Source: Spirochaetia bacterium (GTDB taxonomy: Bacteria; Spirochaetota; Spirochaetia; SZUA-6; Bin103). Taken from it: 64,000 nt of DNA. The position numbers and the translations under genes are program-made. The DNA is taken from assembly GCA_965208575.1 (NCBI GenBank), contig CBDBOV010000005.1, forward strand, positions 160,001 through 224,000. Direction: 5' to 3'. Below the pieces are notes generated by a model that saw nothing but the letters and a program-made list of their open reading frames with translations, did not search any database and was not told the DNA's origin. Shown piece by piece: positions 60,036-64,000 of this stretch. Numbering within the stretch: position 1 is the first letter of the stretch; each line of letters begins with the position of its first letter.

Positions 60036-60388
60036 TGCGGCGCCGCGAACGCCGGGCCGAGGTCGGCGACACCCAGCGCCGTGACATTATCGGCGAGGTC
60101 GTAGCGGTTCGCGGGGGTGCCGATGACCAGGTGGCGTCCGGGCTTCCACGGCAGGTTGCTGGCGGCGAGTTCCCGCGAGACGGCGTGGATGGTTCGCGCG
60201 TCGTCGTTGCGGGGGTGTTCCTGCCACTTCGCCTCGATGAAGGACAGGCGGCCGCCGCTGTCGATGACGAAATCGATCTCGCGAGAGCGCTGGTCGCGGT
60301 AGAACCACAGGGTGGCCGGCTCGTCCTGCAGCGAGACCAGCTTGCGCAGCTCGGCGAACACGAACGTCTCCCACAGTGCTCCGAGCAT
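60032..60388 (-). pseudogene. DUF4143 C-terminal part of an AAA+ ATPase (ATPase domain missing)
   Basis: GALWETFVFAEL...FYRD...EIDFVI...IEAK. Confidence 0.65.
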
Positions 60389-60577
60389 CTTGCGAATAAT
60401 CTAGTCTCGCAAGTTAGATTTGTCACCCTTCGTCGGTGATCGATTACGGGAGCGTGGGTAGCTCTCCGGGTCGTTGACACGGTGGCCGCACTCATGGCAG
60501 GCTCGCGTCGCTTGGGGTTCGACAGATCGATGATGAAGCGCCGTGACGACAGCCAGCGCAGTGACCGGTCGGCGGTG

Positions 60578-60985
60578 ACGCAGCCGGTGTACCCCCCGCC
60601 CCCCCCCCCGCAACTCTTTATACGAGAAACAACTAACCGCTTGGGCTGATCGCGCCCTACGCGAGCCCGCGCACACTGTCACCTTCACCACCGCCGTGAC
60701 TATCGGTGGCGCCGGCTCGGTCGATCGCCAGACCTCCCGCCAGGAGAAACCCACCGCCGGCATTGCCGGCCATTCAAACTCGCCGCTTCGCCGGCCACCG
60801 CCCCGCGTGGCGGAGGTGAGGATGATACTCAAAGAACCGCACGCGCGCGCGGCGTGAGCCCGTGAGTCACACGCCGCGCGCTTCACAAATTGACTCAGAC
60901 TGGCCGTCCGCGTTGCGGGCGTCAGAGTAGCCAGGGAGCGCCAATGCGCTACGCAATACTCTCAAAATCTACATACGGAGCTACT
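60578..60985 (+). promoter_or_regulatory. Conserved structured 5' leader with uORF MILKEPHARAA (60822-60857)
   Basis: Homologous to 35536-36005. Confidence 0.6.
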
Positions 60986-62809
60986 ATGGATATGAACATT
61001 GTAGTAATTCGAATGGCCCTTGGGGTTGCGTTGGTCTTGGTCTTGACCGCAACCGGCCTCTGGGCCGCCGGTGCAGAGGACAGCGCCGAGCCGGCAGCAG
61101 CCGCTGCCGACAGAGAGACGGTGTTCGACCCCGCCAGCGGCCTGACGTGGACCGCGCCAGAGTATGGCGGGTCACTCTCGTGGGCCCACAAGCAGTTTCC
61201 CAAGAGTACTGACCCGCACGTGGTCGGTGGCTGGGGGCCGCACTTCATCAGTGGCGTCAATGAGAAGCTGGCCTACGGCGACTGGGCAGTATCCAGGGAC
61301 AAGGTGGTTGAACTAGCCTGGACGTATTCGGGCCCGGAGATGTACAGAGGGGCTCTGGCTGAAAGCTGGGAATTCCCCGACGCCACAACCGTCATCTTCC
61401 ACATCCGCCAGGGCGTCCACTGGCATGACAAGGCGCCGATGAACGGTCGCGAGCTGACTGCCGATGATGTGGTATTCAACTGGCACCGCTATTTGGGCCT
61501 GGGCGAGTTCGCCGAAGCGGGACCTTCCGCCCTGGGATACATGACTCACGGTCTCGAGGAAGCATCGGTGACGGCCACCGACAAGTGGACGGTCGAGTTC
61601 AAGCTGGCGAGGCCCAAACCCGATATCGAGTTTGCAGTGACCCACAATGCAAACTATATATTGGCCCCCGAGGTAATCAAGGAACACGGAGACTATGCGG
61701 ATTGGCGGAACGTGGTCGGCACCGGGCCCTATCGACTGACCGATCACGTCGAGGACACCTCGGCAACCTGGGAGAAGAATCCCGACTACTGGGGCTACGA
61801 CGAAAAATTTCCGGACAACCGCTTGCCCTATATTGACACCTTGAAGTCCCTCCTTATAGCAGACACGTCAGCACGTCTGGCGGCAATGCGCACGGGCAAG
61901 ATTGACATGATAAGTAACACCGGAGACGCTCATATATCCAATATCGAGCATATAGAGAGCCTCCAGAATACCAATCCTGAAATCGAAGCCTGGCCCGTTT
62001 ATCGCCCTCCATTGGGCACTTATATGTTTGACCAGTCTCAGGCGGTGATACAGGATGTCAATGTGCGCAAGGCGCTGCAGCTATCGCAGGACCGCGAGAC
62101 AATTTCGGCTACCTTCTTCAAGGGTTGGGGAGAGCCAGCACCTAACGGGTTCATAAGCCAAGCTTCTACAGGGTTTAGCTGGCCATATGAAGACTGGCCC
62201 GAAGACGTAAAGCGTGAGTATGAGTATGACCCGGAAAGGGCGGAAGCGTTGCTTGATGCGGCTGGATATCCACGCGGCGACGACGGCTATAGATTCACGA
62301 TCAAGGTAGGCCATTTCGGGAGGTACGAATCGGACTATACAGAAATCATCATGGGGTACTTCGACGCCATTGGCGTAAAAAGCGAGATGGTTGTGGTTAC
62401 TGACCCTGAGCTGCAACCCATCATCCAGGCGGACACGTCCGAGTTCGCGTTGATTAGCTGGGTGGGATATCCGCTAACGGCCCCCAACACGTATGTCTAC
62501 TATATAAGCAACTTCGACTATGGTGGGGTTGACTGGAGCAGGGCGAAGGATCCGGAAATGGACGCCCTGCTGGCCGGCATGAAAAATGCCACCGAACCGG
62601 ACGAGTGGAAGAAATATCACCGACAGATCGATGAGAAAACGGTACGGGAGCACTGGGGCCTGGTGCGAGCCAACTCCCCGATATTTGCCGTGAGCCAGCC
62701 GTGGGTCGAGGGTTATGCCGGTGAATGGAGCCTGGGATACTCTGAACGTAATACCCACTTTGCCCGCCTCTGGATCGATAGTGCGCTGAAGGAGTCAATG
62801 GGTCATTAG
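60986..62809 (+). CDS. DppA-like substrate-binding protein
   Basis: MDMNIVVIRMAL...TATGLWAAGAE...APEYGG...VGTGPY. Confidence 0.9.
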   Translation: MDMNIVVIRMALGVALVLVLTATGLWAAGAEDSAEPAAAAADRETVFDPASGLTWTAPEYGGSLSWAHKQFPKSTDPHVVGGWGPHFISGVNEKLAYGDWAVSRDKVVELAWTYSGPEMYRGALAESWEFPDATTVIFHIRQGVHWHDKAPMNGRELTADDVVFNWHRYLGLGEFAEAGPSALGYMTHGLEEASVTATDKWTVEFKLARPKPDIEFAVTHNANYILAPEVIKEHGDYADWRNVVGTGPYRLTDHVEDTSATWEKNPDYWGYDEKFPDNRLPYIDTLKSLLIADTSARLAAMRTGKIDMISNTGDAHISNIEHIESLQNTNPEIEAWPVYRPPLGTYMFDQSQAVIQDVNVRKALQLSQDRETISATFFKGWGEPAPNGFISQASTGFSWPYEDWPEDVKREYEYDPERAEALLDAAGYPRGDDGYRFTIKVGHFGRYESDYTEIIMGYFDAIGVKSEMVVVTDPELQPIIQADTSEFALISWVGYPLTAPNTYVYYISNFDYGGVDWSRAKDPEMDALLAGMKNATEPDEWKKYHRQIDEKTVREHWGLVRANSPIFAVSQPWVEGYAGEWSLGYSERNTHFARLWIDSALKESMGH

Positions 62810-62815
62810 GGAACG

Positions 62816-62844
62816 GAGCCGGGGGGTTCAAGCCTCCCGGCTCC
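62816..62844 (+). other. Intercistronic stem-loop after dppA
   Basis: GGAGCCGGG...CCCGGCTCC; a similar hairpin lies at ~33683-33715. Confidence 0.6.
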
Positions 62845-62904
62845 CCATAACTCGTCGAATAATGAGCGTGGCAATGACGGGGAAGTCGCAATGAGGAGTG
62901 TCCC

Positions 62905-63915
62905 ATCAGAGCCTACCTTATCCGGCGATTGTTGCTGATATTCCCCACCCTGTTCATATTGAGCATCGTAGTCTTTCTCTCGGTCCGCTTCATCCCCGGT
63001 GATGTAATAGACGTAATGGTGGCCCAGATGGGAGGATGGTGGGCCGTGGGTGGCGACATAGACCGCGAAGCTCTCGAGCGCAGGCTGGGATTGGACGTGC
63101 CTGTGTACGTACAGTACGGACGCTGGATAGGAGTGTTGCCAACCCCTGACTGGATTACCGGTGAGTCCCACTTTGAAGGTCTCCTCCAGGGCACCCTTGG
63201 CGAACCACTGATTGGCGGTTTCTCTACGATAGACGAGATGATAGTAAGCAGATTGCCGGTAACCATTGAACTTGGCGTCATGGCAATCGTAATCGGGCTG
63301 GTGATAGCCCTGCCGGTCGGCATCTACTCGGCGATTCGCCAGGATACGGCGACCGACTACGTAGGCCGCACCGTCGCCGTAATCGGCCTGGCAACGCCAA
63401 ACTTCTGGCTGGGAATCATGGTCATGCTCTACCCGGCAATCTGGTGGGGCTGGTCGCCGTCGATGGAATATATCCCGCTTGGCGAAGATCCGCTGGGGAA
63501 TCTGGGGATGACCATCATTCCTGCGGTGATTCTGGGAACGGGGATGTCTGCAGCCACCATGCGGATGACGCGCACGATGATGTTGGAGGAGCTCAGGCAG
63601 GACTACGTCAGGACGGCATGGTCCAAGGGTATCAAGGAAAGGGTGATCGTGATCAGACACGTCATCAAGAATGCATTCATCCCGATTCTCACCCTGATAG
63701 GCCTGCAGTTCCCGCTCCTGATAGGTGGCGCCGTCATCATGGAGAACATCTTCAACCTTCCGGGGATAGGCCGTCTGTTCATGGATGCCCTCGAAGGAAG
63801 AGACTACCCGGTAGTGTCCGCAATAAACCTGGTCTTTGCTACCATAGTCATGCTTAGCATTGTACTTATCGACATGATCTATCCCTATGTGGATCCCAGG
63901 ATCCGCTACCAGTGA
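62905..63915 (+). CDS. DppB-like permease with inferred ATC start
   Basis: GAGGAG-TGTCCC-ATC AGA GCC TAC; in-frame TGA upstream at 62875. Confidence 0.85.
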   Translation: MRAYLIRRLLLIFPTLFILSIVVFLSVRFIPGDVIDVMVAQMGGWWAVGGDIDREALERRLGLDVPVYVQYGRWIGVLPTPDWITGESHFEGLLQGTLGEPLIGGFSTIDEMIVSRLPVTIELGVMAIVIGLVIALPVGIYSAIRQDTATDYVGRTVAVIGLATPNFWLGIMVMLYPAIWWGWSPSMEYIPLGEDPLGNLGMTIIPAVILGTGMSAATMRMTRTMMLEELRQDYVRTAWSKGIKERVIVIRHVIKNAFIPILTLIGLQFPLLIGGAVIMENIFNLPGIGRLFMDALEGRDYPVVSAINLVFATIVMLSIVLIDMIYPYVDPRIRYQ

Positions 63916-64000
63916 TGCCACCGGTACGCACCGCGAGAGTGAGTGGGCCCAGGAGCAGTGGCGCGGTGGCTGTTTTCTTTATCAGGCTGTGGCGCGAGAA
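63915..64000 (+). CDS. DppC-like permease, 5' part (runs off the window)
   Basis: ATG overlapping the upstream stop, in frame to FFIRLWRE. Confidence 0.7.
   Translation, partial: MPPVRTARVSGPRSSGAVAVFFIRLWRE

Overview
GC-rich bacterial window. Leader peptides such as '...LWAAGAEE' and '...FAAGEAE' and the dense family-5 ABC, Uma2 and CRTAC1 content suggest a Spirochaetaceae-like, possibly sponge-associated organism; this is inference only. Layout: (1) 1-1.0 kb, a group II intron 5' remnant split by a MITE-like insert. (2) 1194-4796, an AT-richer, transposase-less element with bipartite terminal inverted repeats and a CAATT duplication. It carries a small-peptide locus resembling a type I toxin, intron and IS remnants, an Mrr-like nuclease and an RxxxxH (HEPN-like) gene. 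(3) 4.8-11.9 kb, a mosaic of gene fragments with intact hicAB and an RNA-repair-like HAD gene. (4) 11874-21775, an IS21 > IS3 > ISNCY > transposase-remnant nest inserted in an abiEi antitoxin gene. (5) A ~9.9-kb direct duplication (abiE, dppCBA, decarboxylase-like, Uma2, CRTAC1) in which only the substrate-binding protein and the permease N-terminal loop differ strongly. (6) Further ATPase-less peptide and sugar ABC clusters, catabolic genes and a DUF222-HNH gene. Two dppA paralogues share a ~400-nt structured leader with an identical 11-aa uORF, and their dppB genes appear to start at ATC. No rRNA, tRNA or CRISPR array was seen. Family calls come from motif recognition by eye, not database searches.
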